Assembly: GCF_009914755.1 (NCBI RefSeq)
Contig: NC_060928.1
Reading direction: 5' to 3' (one strand)
Source of the DNA: the human T2T-CHM13v2.0 reference genome, Homo sapiens
DNA length: 64,000 nt
In this document: in pieces, positions 18,154-33,664 of the stretch
Numbering within the stretch: the first letter of the stretch is position 1
Layout of the letters: every line of letters starts with the position of its first letter
Notes under the pieces: model-generated
What the model was told of the DNA's origin: nothing
Seen by the model: only the letters and a program-made list of their open reading frames with translations
Database searches by the model: none
Made by a program: the position numbers and the translations under genes

Positions 18154-19554
18154 TGTGTCCGGAATTGGTGGGTTCTTGGTCTCACTGACTTCAAGAATGA
18201 AGCAGCGAACCCTCGCGGTGAGTGTTACAGCTCTTAAGGTGGCGCGTCTGGAGTCTGTCCCTTTTGATGTTCAGATGTGTTCGGAGTTTTTTCCTTCTCG
18301 TGGGTTCGTGGTCTCGCTGGCTCAGGAGTGAAGCTGCAGACCTTCGCGGTGAGTGTTACAGCTCTTAAGGCAGCGGGTCTGGAGTTTTTTGTTCCTCCCG
18401 GTGGGCTCGCGGTCTCGCTGGGTTCAGGAGTGAAGCTGCAGATCTTCGCGGTGAGTGTTACAGCTCATAAAAGCACCGTGGACCCAAAGAGCGAAAGAAC
18501 AAAGCTTCCACAGTATGGAAGGGGACCCGAGTGGGTTGCCAATGCTGGTTCGGGCAGCCTGCTTTTATTCTCTTATCTGGCCCCACCCACATCCTGCTGA
18601 TTGGTAGAGCCGAGTGGCCTGTTTTGTCAGGGTGCTGATTGGTGCATTTACAATCCCTGCGCTAGATACAAAGGTTCTCCACGTCCCCATCAGATTAGTT
18701 AGATACAGAGTTTGGACACACAGGTTCTCCAAGGCCCCACCAGAGCAGCTAGATACAGAGTGTTGATTGGTGCATTCACAAACCTTGAGCTAAACACAGG
18801 GTGCTGATTGGTGTGTTTACAAACCTTGAGCTAGATACAGAGTGCCGATTGGTGTATTTACAATCCCTGAGCTAGACATAAAGACTCTCCACGTCCCCAC
18901 CAGACTCAGGAGCCCAGCTGGCTTCACCTAGTGGATCCCGCACAGGGGCTGCAGGTGGAGCTGCCTGCCAGTCCTGTGCCGTGCGCTTGCATTCCTCAGC
19001 CCTTGGGCGGTCGACGGGACTGGGCGCCGTGGAGCAGGGGTTGGTGCTCCTTGGGGAGGCTCGGGCCGCACAGGAACCCACGGAGTGGGTGGGAGGCTCA
19101 GGCATGGAGGGCTGCAGGTCCCGAGCCCTGCCCTGTGGGAAGGCAGCTAAGGCTCGGTGAGAAATCGAGCACAGCGCCGGTGGGCTGGCACTGCTGGGGG
19201 ACCCAGTACACCCTCCGCAGCTGCTGGCCCGGGTGCTAAGTCTCTCATTGCCTGGGGCCAGCAGGGCTGGCCGACTGCTCCGAGTGTGGGGCCCACCAAG
19301 CCCACGCCCACCCGGAACTCCAGCTGGCCTGCAAGCGCCGCACGCAGCCCCTGTTCCCACTCGTGCCTCTCCCTCCACACCTCCCTGCAAGCTGAGGGAG
19401 TGGGCTCCAGCCTTGGCCAGCCCAGAAAGGGGCTTCCACAGTGCAGTGGGGGGCTGAAGGGCTCCTCAAATGCCGCCAAAGTGGGAGCCCAGGCAGAGGA
19501 GGTGCCGAGAGCAAGCGAGGGCTCTGAGGACTGCCAGCATGCTGTCACCTCTCA
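18154..19554 (-). mobile_element. LTR12C-type (ERV9) solo LTR
   Basis: The minus strand starts TGAGAGGTGACAGC and ends CCAATTCCGGACACA. Tandem CCAAT/GATA units, TSD GTAC/GTAT. Confidence 0.9.
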
Positions 19555-19558
19555 GTAT

Positions 19559-20569
19559 TTTCAAAGTTAGAGTCAATCCTCTCAAACTCTACTGCTGTTT
19601 TATCAACTAAGTTTATGGAATATTCTAAATGCTTTGTTTTCATTTCAGTATCTTCCCGGCATCTTTACCAGAAGTAGATTCCATCTCAAGAAACCGATTT
19701 GCCTTGCACTTGTTTATGGGATGGAGATGGCTTCTTTCCTTAAACCTCAGGAACCAACTTCCACTAGCTTCGAACTTTTCTTCTGGAGCTTCCTCACCTC
19801 TCTCAGCCTTCATAGAATTAAAGAGAGTTAGGGTCTTGAACTGGATTAGGCTTTGGTTGAAGGGAATATTGTGGCTGGTTAGATTTATCCAGACCACTAA
19901 AACTTTCTTTATATCAACAATAAGGCTGTTTCACTTTCTTATCATTTGTGGGTTCACTGGCATAGAACTTTAAATTGATTTCAATAATGCTTCCTTTGCA
20001 TTCACAGCTTGGCTAACTGTAGATGCAAGAGGCCTAGCTTTCAGCCTATCTTGCCTTTCAGCATGCCTTAAGTTTAATCACTTCTAGCTTTTGATTTAAA
20101 GTGAAACACATTTGACTCTTCACTTGAACACTCAGAGACCACTGTAGTGTTATTAATTGGCCTAACTTGAATATTGCTGGGTTTCAGGAAACAGGAGGCC
20201 TGATTATGGGGAGCAGGTAAGAGGGTTGTAGGGAGACGACCTGTTGGTGGAGCAGTCAGAACACATGATGCTTATTGATTCAGTTTGCTGTTTTATATAG
20301 ATATGTGGTTTTTGGTGTCCCAAAACAATTACAATAGTAACATCAAAGATCACTGATCACAGATCATCTTAACAGATGTAATAATAATGAAAAGATTTGA
20401 AATATTGTGAGAATTACCAAAATATGACACAGAGACATGAAGCGAGCTTTTGGGAAAATTGTGTCAATGGACTTGCTCAATGAAGGGTTACCATAAAGCT
20501 TCAATTTGTAAAAAGCACAATATCTGTGAAACGCAATAAAATGAAGTGCTGTAAAATGAGGCATGCCTG
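19559..20569 (-). mobile_element. Tigger1 DNA transposon, terminal ~1 kb fragment
   Basis: Terminal CAGGCATGCCTC on the minus strand next to TA (20570-20571), with typical Tigger1 internal sequence. Confidence 0.8.
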
Positions 20570-21377
20570 TAATTTGTCGAATGTTCTATGGTTCATAATG
20601 TGGGAATCTAGGTCTCTCTGACTTTGAGGTTATACTCTTGAAATGTCCCTCCCCCACCACCTTTTTTTGGCCTCTAAGATGTCCTTGGATTTGTAAAGAC
20701 TAGAGAGAAGATCCACCTTAAATGGATATTAGTTGGCTTCTTTCAGCCAAACACTCCTTTTGTCAGTAGACCTTAGAATCTGGAGAAAACAGAAAAAAAA
20801 AACCTCAAAAAACAAACATAAAACTAGCCAACCAACCAACAAATAGAAAACCACAGAGATGATCAATAGATAAATATCCAATAAATCATTAGGATAATGG
20901 GCAGTTTTCTTTAGGACTCCTCTGCTCCCACCTGAGTCTCTCCGCACTATAAATCACATCAATCCAACATGTAAAATGACCTGGCTGTTGCCCACTTTTT
21001 GCTTTATAGTGTCCATAGCTGTGGAAGCTGTCCAAGTATTCAGGAAGAGCCACACAGAGAAGAGGTCTTTTCAATGGATCTTTATTTTGAATCTAAGATA
21101 TGACAAGAAAGTTCTTGAAATATGGGTTTGGATATAACTTTTGCAAATTACATGTCATATGTTTCAATGATAACTTCCTAGAAAATTAATAACTATGATA
21201 CCACTTTAAGAAAAAATTAAAACGAGAAAAATGACTTTCTTTTATTTATTACAAGTGGTAATATGCTCGCAGCTCTAATGATGAGATTATCAAATAAATT
21301 ACACATTATCACATATCACTGCAATCAAGAACCGCAATTTTAGTATTATCCATCTCAACATGTTTAAAAAATGTGTT

Positions 21378-24991
<3,614 letters not shown>

Positions 24992-25150
24992 TAGATTCTT
25001 TAAAACATAGTATATTTTCATTGACTGGGAATATTAAGCCTAATTTAGTGCCTGTATTTTAAAGGTGATAAGACTATATCAATTGAATCAAAGAAAAGAG
25101 GATCAAATAGGTACAAAAGTTAATAATTTTGAAGTATTCAGCCACAGCAG

Positions 25151-25561
25151 TGTTGTGGTGATCAGACCCAACACCTGGTCATGGGGTGACAAAGTCTGGT
25201 GGAATCAAAGGATTGAGAAAAAGTTTGAAAAGGAAAGTGGGACCAGGGGGCCATCGTGATTGTGGAGGCTGTGAAGGCCCCAACCTCTGGGAGCCCAAGC
25301 TATTTATTGGTAATCCAACAAAGAAACAGGTCGTGAGAATGTGGGGGTCAAAAGGGTAGGCATATGATCTACAGCTGTGATGGTTTAGCATTGATATGGT
25401 ACATCTTCTGCTACTTGAGATAATGGAAATACAATTGATCTAGGAGCCAAGGAGGGCTAGAAGCAAGGAGCCAGCAAGTCTAGACACATTCCAGAGGACA
25501 TTATGTCAGACATGCAAGCCCTGCCTCAGCTTTTTTCCCAACAGGCAGCTTTTTCCTAACA
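25151..25561 (-). repeat. 3' LTR of the provirus
   Basis: About 92% identical to 31432-31843 by manual alignment. Preceded on the minus strand by the polypurine tract AAAAAAGAGAAGGGGGCA (25562-25580). Confidence 0.9.
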
Positions 25562-26260
25562 TGCCCCCCTTCTCTTTTTTGTAAAAGAGAAGGTATCATT
25601 ATTACTATCATTATTACTAGCATAAAACATGGCCTCTTTTAATTGAGCAAGGCAATTGCAGGCTGTGCAGTGCTTAATTGCCAGTTGGTGATCCAGCTTC
25701 ATTTTTCTTAGCCCCTATTCAAACTGGAGTATCTGTGGTTTGAATGCGTCCCACATGTCTCCCCTTTCCCTTTTACAAGAGGACCCTTAATCCTAGGGGT
25801 TGCAGAAGGATGAAGGTCCGTCTTCTGTAACTTCTTCATGCTGAATAGGGGCGATGATATTCCTGCCTAACTATTAGGGTCTCTTGTATTCAGGGCAGAG
25901 AGAAGCTGAGTCAGAAAGCATTGGTTCATTAAGCATCGTGACTCTGGTCAGTCTTCGTTCCATCTTCGCATTCAGATTCAACTGGCTCATGGCTCATACT
26001 GGGGGAACCTGGTCCATGGTTGTGGTCCATGGTTGTGGTCCATGGGTCCCTCCAGTCTCCTGTTCCATGGTCATACACATCTTGAGGGCATCCACACGGT
26101 TCATTCATCTCCTGCAAAAACACAAGCATACCCTCACCCCCACATTAGTAAATATACTGAAACAGAAGCAAAAACTTTTGTGGATGTAGCCAGGAGGCCA
26201 CTGATCATGAGAAATAGGCCCCTTCTAACAGAAGGCACAGGGACAGCAAATTGAGGCTTT

Positions 26261-28853
26261 TCAGACTTTCAATTCACACTGTACAGGTGGGTCCACTAGA
26301 TGCTGTGGTCCATGATAGATCTTCAGATGTTTGGCAGGCACCCACACAGGCACCTGATTGTCACCTGGCGAGACACAAGCAAATACTCTTCCCCATGTAA
26401 TTATCTTTCCTTTTCCCCAGTTCTTTGTATGTGCATCCCTCCACCATGTATCTTGTCCAGCCTTTTTATTTTCCTTCTGTCCTGTCAGGTGTTGTTCTGC
26501 TGCTATGAGTTGATCTTTTTGTAAATTTAAAAAATTTAATTTTAATAAAGCTAGATGCAATTGCATATGCAATGTTTTATATTCCTGGTCTCCTGCCTTC
26601 TGCTTTTGTATTTGAGTTTTTAAAGTACAATTAGCTCTTTCCACTATTGCCTGTCCTTGTGAGTTATATGGAATACCCATAGTATGGGCAATATTCCATT
26701 GTTGAAAGAATGTAGCCATGGCTTTACTACAGTATCCTGGGCTGTTATCAGTTTTGATTTTTTCTGGGATTCCCATAACAGAAAAGCAAGATAAAAGATG
26801 TCTTTTAACATAAGTTGTAGCCTCCCCTGTTTGACATGTGGCCCAGATAAAATGTGAATAGGTATCTACTGAAACATGAACAAAGGACAATTTTCCAAAA
26901 GCAGGAATATGTGTTACATCCATCTGCCAGATGGAGTTTGGAGATAAACCTCTAGGGTTGACTCCTGCTCCTTGATGTGGCGAATGCAGGACTTGGCAGG
27001 CAGAAGAGTGTTGCACAATTTCTTTAGCTTGTTTCCATGATACACCATATCTTTTCCTAAGGCCTGCAGCATTAAGATGGGTTAAAGAATGAAATGTCTG
27101 TGCATCAGCAAAAGCTGCAGACCCCAATGCATCCACCCTTTGATTAAGTTTAGTTAAAGGGCCAGGGAGGTTAGTATGTACTCTCATATGAGTGATATAG
27201 AAAGGTGAATGCCTTTGTTGTAGTGCTTGCTGTAAAGAATGAAATAAAGGATTAAGTTGTTCATCAGTCACATTTTGAATTAAGGCAAGTTCAATATTTT
27301 GTGTGGCTTGCACTACATAGGCTGAATCAGAAACAATGTTTACTGGCTGTTTAAAAGTTTTTAACACTGTTATCACAGCCATAAGTTCAGCCCTTTGATC
27401 AGAAGCAAAGTCAGTTTGCAAAACTTGTTTTTGAGCTCCTGCAAATGAGGCTTTTCCATTACTAGATCCATCAGTAAAAACAGTAAGGGCCCCTTTAGTA
27501 GGGGCTTTTTGAGTAATAGAAGGCAATATCCGGGATATTAATTTTAGAAACTGAAATATCTTAGATTTTGGATAATGATTATCAAGAATGCCAACAAAAC
27601 CTGCCAAATTAACTTGCCATTCTTGGGAATTAACATAGGCTTGTTGAATTTGTTGTTTAGTTAACAGAACTATAATCTGATTTGATCATATCACATTAGC
27701 TTTGTTGTGCGCAGCCTTGCTTGTCCTACTAGCACAGCAATTTGATCCAACAAGTACAGAGTGAACATTTTGGTTGTATTGTGAGGCAGAAAAAGCCACT
27801 CAACCAGATCATCCTGTTGAACTATAACTCCTGTAGGTGAATGCTTCATAGGAAAAACTAAAAACTGTAATGGTTGCATTGGATTAATCCGTTCTACTTG
27901 TGCTTGCTGAATTTTTTCCTCAATTAATTGAAGTTCCTCCAATGCCTGTTTGGACAAGGAGCATTTCCTGTTAAGGTCAGAATCACCTCGTGAAGTAGAA
28001 AAGAGGTGAGACATAGCATAGGTAGGAATGCCTAAAGTTGGACAAATACAATTAATGTCTCCTAATAATTTTTGGAAATCATTTAAGGTTTCTAAATTAT
28101 CTCTTTGAATTTGAACCTTTTGAGGCTTAATAGGACTTTGTTCTACCTTCATTCCTAGATATTGAAAGGGAGTAGAAGTTTGGATTTTACTGGGGGCTAT
28201 AATCAACACTGAAGCATTTACAGCCTTTTCTAACTGTTTGTAGCACAACATCAATTCTTCCCTAGTTTCAGCTGCCCACAAAATATCATCCATGTAATGG
28301 ATGATACAACATTTTTTAAACCATTCTCTAACTGGCTTAATAGCTTTCCCGACATAAGTTTGGCAGATAGTCAGGCTATTTAGCATGCCTTGTGGTAGTA
28401 CTTTCCAATGGTATCTGTCTGCTGGTTCTTTTATTATTTATGGCGGAAATAGTAAAAGCAAATTTTTCATAATCTTGGGCAGCTAAAGGAATGGTAAAAG
28501 AAGCAATCCTTTAGATCTATCACTATGAGAGGCCAGTATTTTGCAATCATTGTTATGGAGGGTAACCCTAGTTGTAGTGCACCCATGGGTTGAATTACAG
28601 CATTAACAGCCCTTAAATCTGTTAACATTCTGCATTTCCCTGATTTTTTCTTAATGACAAATACAGGAGAATTCCAAGAGCAGAAAGTAGGTTCTATATG
28701 AACCTTTTGCAATTGTTCCTGTACCAGCTCTTTTAAAGCCTCCAGTTTTTCCTGTTTCAGCAGCCATTGGTCCACCCAAACCAGTTTGGCAGTTAGCCAA
28801 ACGAGAGGAATGGGAGCCAGAGGCTCAACAATGGCCGCTTCTAAAAATGACAC
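26261..28853 (-). pseudogene. Disrupted pol (RT, RNase H, integrase)
   Basis: RT motifs [22 protein letters not shown] and HYMDD lie in frameshifted pieces. RNase H and integrase lie in one open 448-codon frame (26261-27607). Confidence 0.93.
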
Positions 28854-29760
28854 CCCAATCTGGTCCGATCCGTTTGTCCTTTTAATTCTAAAGGTTCTGA
28901 TTGACTATTTTTATCTTTTCCTAGTCATTTTCCTGGGCAATATACCATATTTATCATCATTTGTCTACTGTTACTGCTATATTGATCCATAGGAATAGAT
29001 ATTTCAGCATCCCATTATTGCAATAAGTCTCTACCCCATAAGTTGAGAGGAATAGGTGTAATGATAGGCTGAATTGTCCCTTCCAGACCATTTGGCCCTT
29101 GATGTGGCAAAATAAAAGAACTTTGAAAAACTTCCGAGGAAGCTCCTACTCCAAAAATACCAATGAATGCCTTTTGCTTAGGCCAGTCCCAGGGCCACTG
29201 ATTTATAGCAATAATAGAGACATCAGCTCCAGTATCTACTAGTCCTTCAAAATCTTTTCCCTGAATAGTTACTGTGCAAATAGGTCTTTTGTCAGACACT
29301 TGATTAACCCAATATACAGCATTTCCTGTTGGATTAGTTCTACCAAAGCCTCCTGTTCTCTTCATTGTGCTGCTTCCTAGTTTTATGTAAGGTAACAGCA
29401 ACAACTGAGCAATTCTTTCTCCTGGGGAAGCAGACCATAGAGTCGAGGAACTAATAACTAATTGAATTTCTCTGGTATAATCAGAATCAATTATTCCCAT
29501 GTGCACAGTGACACCTTTCAAATTTAGACTAGACTTTCCAAGTAATAGACCAACTGTTCCTGCGGGTAAGGGTCCCCTAACTCCTGTAGGGACCTTTTTT
29601 GGTGGCTCCCCAGGAAGTAAGGAGATGGGAATTGTGCTTCAGAGGTCTACAACAGCACCGCCTGCTGTGGTGGGGGGACAATTGTACATTTGTAAGGGCA
29701 GTGGCTGTGCCGGATATGCCTCGGTTTGTTGAGGGACTCGAGGCAGGTCCCTCTTCCTGT
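28841..29760 (-). pseudogene. Disrupted pro (dUTPase plus aspartic protease)
   Basis: dUTPase motifs GIIDSDY, RIAQLLL and RTGGFG, protease motifs LVDTGAD and GRDLL, and a premature stop at 29015-29017. Confidence 0.9.
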
Positions 29761-29763
29761 TTC

Positions 29764-31282
29764 TCAAGAGAGGTTGTCAATCTTTGCTAATTTTAGAATG
29801 ACACTGACTTGCCTAGTGATGGCTTTTTTCACAACGGGGGCATACACAAGTACTTTTCTGTTGGTAGCTCTTGCCTTTTGATTTCCTTTTCTACATTCCT
29901 TTTTTATGTGTCTAAATTGCCCACAATTAGAGCAAGAGCCTGAGAAATGGGGCATATTCTTTCTGACTCGTAATCCAGCCATAGCCTGAGCTAAAAGAGT
30001 AGCCTTATGTAAGTTACCTCCAATGCCATCGCAAGCCTTAATATATTCAGCTAAATGAGGCTTCCCTCTCAGGGGTCTAACAGCAGTTTAACACTCTGCA
30101 TTAGCATTGTCGTATGCAAGAAGCTGTATTACAACATCTTGAACTGTTTTATCAGTTATGGCTTTATACACAGCCTCTTGGAGCCAAGCAATAAAATTAA
30201 TAGATGATTCTTTAGGTCCTTGTTGGACAGAACTGAAAGAAGGATATTTTTCTCCTGTAACATTTATCCTTTCCCATGCCTGTAAGCACACAGAGCGCAG
30301 CTGAACAATGGCAACATCCTCCATTACTGCTTGATTTTCTAATCAACCCCAATCAGGTCCAACTCCCATTAACTGTTCAAAGGAAACAGGCACAGGTGGT
30401 CGTGCTTGTGTATTTTCCCTTGTCTGAGTTTGAGCTTCATCAGCCCACCAGGTTTTAAACTGCAAGTACTGAGATGAAGTGAGAACAGATTTTGTTAAAG
30501 TTTTCCAATCATACGGTATTAACATATTATTGAGAGAAACATTTTTTAATAAAGTTTGCACAAAAGGAGAGTTTCGCCCATATTGACTAATGGCTTGCTT
30601 GAATTCCTTTATCAGCTTAAAAGGAAAGGTGGTCCAATTAGCTATATTCTGTCCTTCCTGCTGGATTATAGTTATGGGAAATTGCCATGCTTCAAGGTCT
30701 GCCTCCACTCTAGCCTTTTGAATAGAATTTTGTATAGCATCACCAATTGCTCCAGATTTTAATGTTGCAACTACAGGAGCAGTAAGTTTTGTAGCTAATT
30801 CATCTTCTCGCCCATTAAGGGGAGAGAGAGGAGGTGGTCTTTCACTTAATTCAGCAGGTAGAGCCAACGGGCTAGTAAAACATACTTTTTTCAGTTTCCC
30901 TTTCTTTTCTTTAATTTCCTCCATTTCCTGTTCCTCACATTCAGAATCTGAGGGTAGTTTTTTACACTCATCCTCCTCTTCCTCATCTGAATCTGCCTCA
31001 TCATCTGTTTGAAATGGCTCAAGAGCTGCTTTTATTAGCGCCCACATTGACCAGACCAAGACTGGAATTTTTGCTCGACCTTTATACACTTTAAAAACCT
31101 CCACCAATTCTCTCCCATTCATCCAACTCCATAGTCCCTTTTTCTGGGAACTATGGGCAAAACTGCTTTACTGCATTAAAGGGTGATAACAAATTCTGAG
31201 TACTAACTTTCACTCCTCCTCTTTGTAATAAATGCCTTAAGAAATTTAAATAAGTAGAATGTCTGCTTTTTCTTTGTCCCGT
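29764..31282 (-). pseudogene. Disrupted retroviral gag
   Basis: ORF fragments include capsid with an MHR-like QQGPKESSINFIAWLQEAV and the zinc knuckle CSNCGQFRHIKKEC. The start codon reads ACG, and there are frameshifts and stops. Confidence 0.88.
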
Positions 31283-31431
31283 TGTTACCCTCGTTCTTCA
31301 CAGTGCTCAGCTTTCCTGCCGAGCTTCTTTTAGACATCCTTGGGTGTCCTTTGATGATGCGTCCTCTGCTTTCACACACTCTAGTGTTCCTTCACCGGGG
31401 TCTTTGTTGCCCCATGTTGGGCCACCAGGAA

Positions 31432-31843
31432 TGTTGGGATGATTAGTCCCAACACCAGATCGTGGGGGCGACAAAGTCCGGCAGAGTCAAAGGATTGAGA
31501 AAAAGTTTGAGAAGGAAAGTGGGACCAGAGGGCCATCGGGATTGTGGAGGCTGGGAAGGCCCTGAGCTCTGGGAGCCCAAGCTATTTATTGGTAATCCAA
31601 CAAAGAAACAGGTCGTGAGAATGTGGGGGTCGAAAGGGCAGGTGCATGATCTACAGCTGTGATGGTTTAGCATTTATATGGAACATCTTCTGCTACTTGA
31701 GATAATGGGAATACAATCGATCTAGGAGCCTAGGAGGGCTAGAAGCAAGGAGCCAGCAAGTCTAGACACATTCCAGAGGACATTATGTCAGACATGCAAG
31801 CCCTGCCTCAGTTTTTTTCCCAACACTCAGCTTTTTCCCAACA
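31432..31843 (-). repeat. 5' LTR of the provirus (LTR14A/B-like)
   Basis: Direct repeat of 25151-25561. On the minus strand it is followed by TTCC and then the PBS TGGTGGCCCAACATGGGGC (~31409-31427). Confidence 0.9.
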
Positions 31844-33664
31844 AGTAGTGGAAAGTTTCAGAAAACTATGATCGATAAATTCAATGACCAATAAGGAAAC
31901 ACCTTATTAGAAAATTATCTAAGTTTATACTCTAAGAAAATAAATTTATGAATGAGATCATAAAATTGTCAAACTAGCATTCGAGTAGGTATATACAGTT
32001 ACATTTTTTTCTGCCTCATAAGTGAGACTAGAATTTAAACCTGAATATCTTATCTAATAATTTTGCTATGTAGAATGTCCAAACTATACAATTTTTAATC
32101 TGAGATTTGAAAGAGATTGAAATTAAACTCTGCACCTGAACTCAGTGCTGCTTCCCTCTAATTTATTTGCAGTTTTCTGTTATTTGGTGCCTCAGGTTAA
32201 ACCTACTGGGAGAAAGTGGTTCTGAACGCTTCATATACTATCCACTTTTGTTTTGTTATCCTTGCTTTCCTCTTCAAGGCTACTGTGGATATTCATTCTA
32301 GCTTGATTTACTTCATGTAAAAATATTCCCTTTTGTGGAGATAAAGGAGTAAATAAAAGGGTATGCAGATTTATTTGTCCTTGACTTATAACCCCGAAGA
32401 ATTAGGGTGAATGTGCTTAACCCAGTTCCTTTTTCCTACTATTGAGTTTCCTTCATCATGAGTTGAAACCACTCAACACTCCTCCTTTTTTGCCACCTTT
32501 ATTGTTTGCAGCCTTACAAGTCACATTTAGCCTCTTGATTTCCCTGGAGTTTTATAATGCTCCCAGAACACTTTGTCCTATGATCACTCCCATGTGAATT
32601 ATAGGTCTATTTACTGTGCGTTAACCATCTACCTACCAGTGATAACCTCTGAGTTCACTGCTCTTTCATAAACAGGAAGATAAGTCCTCCGAGAACTGCC
32701 AAGTTTATTGTTATCGTGCAATGGTAAAATAGTTACATATTGGAGACCAATGTGCAGAGAAGAGACTAGATAAGGCCAAAAATTGCTTGTTTGACTTGGC
32801 TTTTACTCAGTTGTCTTTATCACTCATTCCTGTGGCTATATTCATGACTTTGATATCCTCAGTTCTGCACAGCATCCCAGTCTCAGCTTGGAACCTCCCC
32901 CTCTCTCACACCCCACCCCTCCCCCACTAGCCTTCCAGCCCACTCACTTGAGTGCACCCACTAGAGCAACTACTTGACTGGTGTCCTCCAATCAACTAAC
33001 TTCTACTTTCCACTACAGATTACCTGACTCAGTTCCTCCCTTCTCCCCTTACTCAGCTTAGAACCCATCGCCCTTCATTAGAATCATTCTCCTGATGCTT
33101 GATCCCACTATTGGACTCTCCTAGCAATGCTCCAACCCCTAGTTAAACCCCACTCTCTTCTACTTTGTGTTTGCACCACGAAGCTGAGCATTCCTGAAAC
33201 AAAACAAAAAACAGCCTCAACCATGCTGATTGAATTCACATACACAAATATCAAAGGATCGTTAAATACTCCCTGGGAGGAAATTTCCTATGATGTTTGC
33301 TTTCCCACTGTCTAAAAGAGATTATATCACACATTGTCTTGTCTCCTCTTACTGTCTATACTCCCTTTTCTTCCCTCACCGTCAGCTGACCACTTTGTCT
33401 CCATTGACATAAACAGAAGCAATCACAAGGAATGCCCTTATCTCCCAGCCACCAAATCAATCAAACTCTCTGTGGATGTATGTCCAGATAACTCTTGTCC
33501 TACTTCTTGCAGCACTGCTACTATACACAGTAATTTTTATTTGATGCAAACCCACAGTTTTCAGTTCTTTCTCTAGCTGTAAATATTGATGAGAGGTTAC
33601 TTATGGAACCTTACAGAACTCACCAAAAGGAAGAAAAATTACTAATTTAAAACATGGAAACTGG

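Larger units (their letters stand above)
25151..31843 (-). mobile_element. Endogenous betaretrovirus provirus lacking env, HERV-K14 (HML-1)-like
   Basis: Paired ~411-bp LTRs with TG...CA ends, a Lys-type PBS, gag-pro-pol remnants, a PPT, and TSD AGCAG (25146-25150) / AGTAG (31844-31848). Family assigned from memory of the leader, gag and LTR14A/B sequences. Confidence 0.9.

Noticed and set aside
18200-18900. Repeated 40-100 bp units resembling a CRISPR-like array
   Set aside because: These are the normal internal tandem repeats of LTR12. There are no unique spacers or cas genes.
25929-26129. 66-aa ORF as a rec/np9-like accessory gene
   Set aside because: No recognisable motif. It overlaps the decayed integrase-like frame and a tandem repeat, which explain it better.
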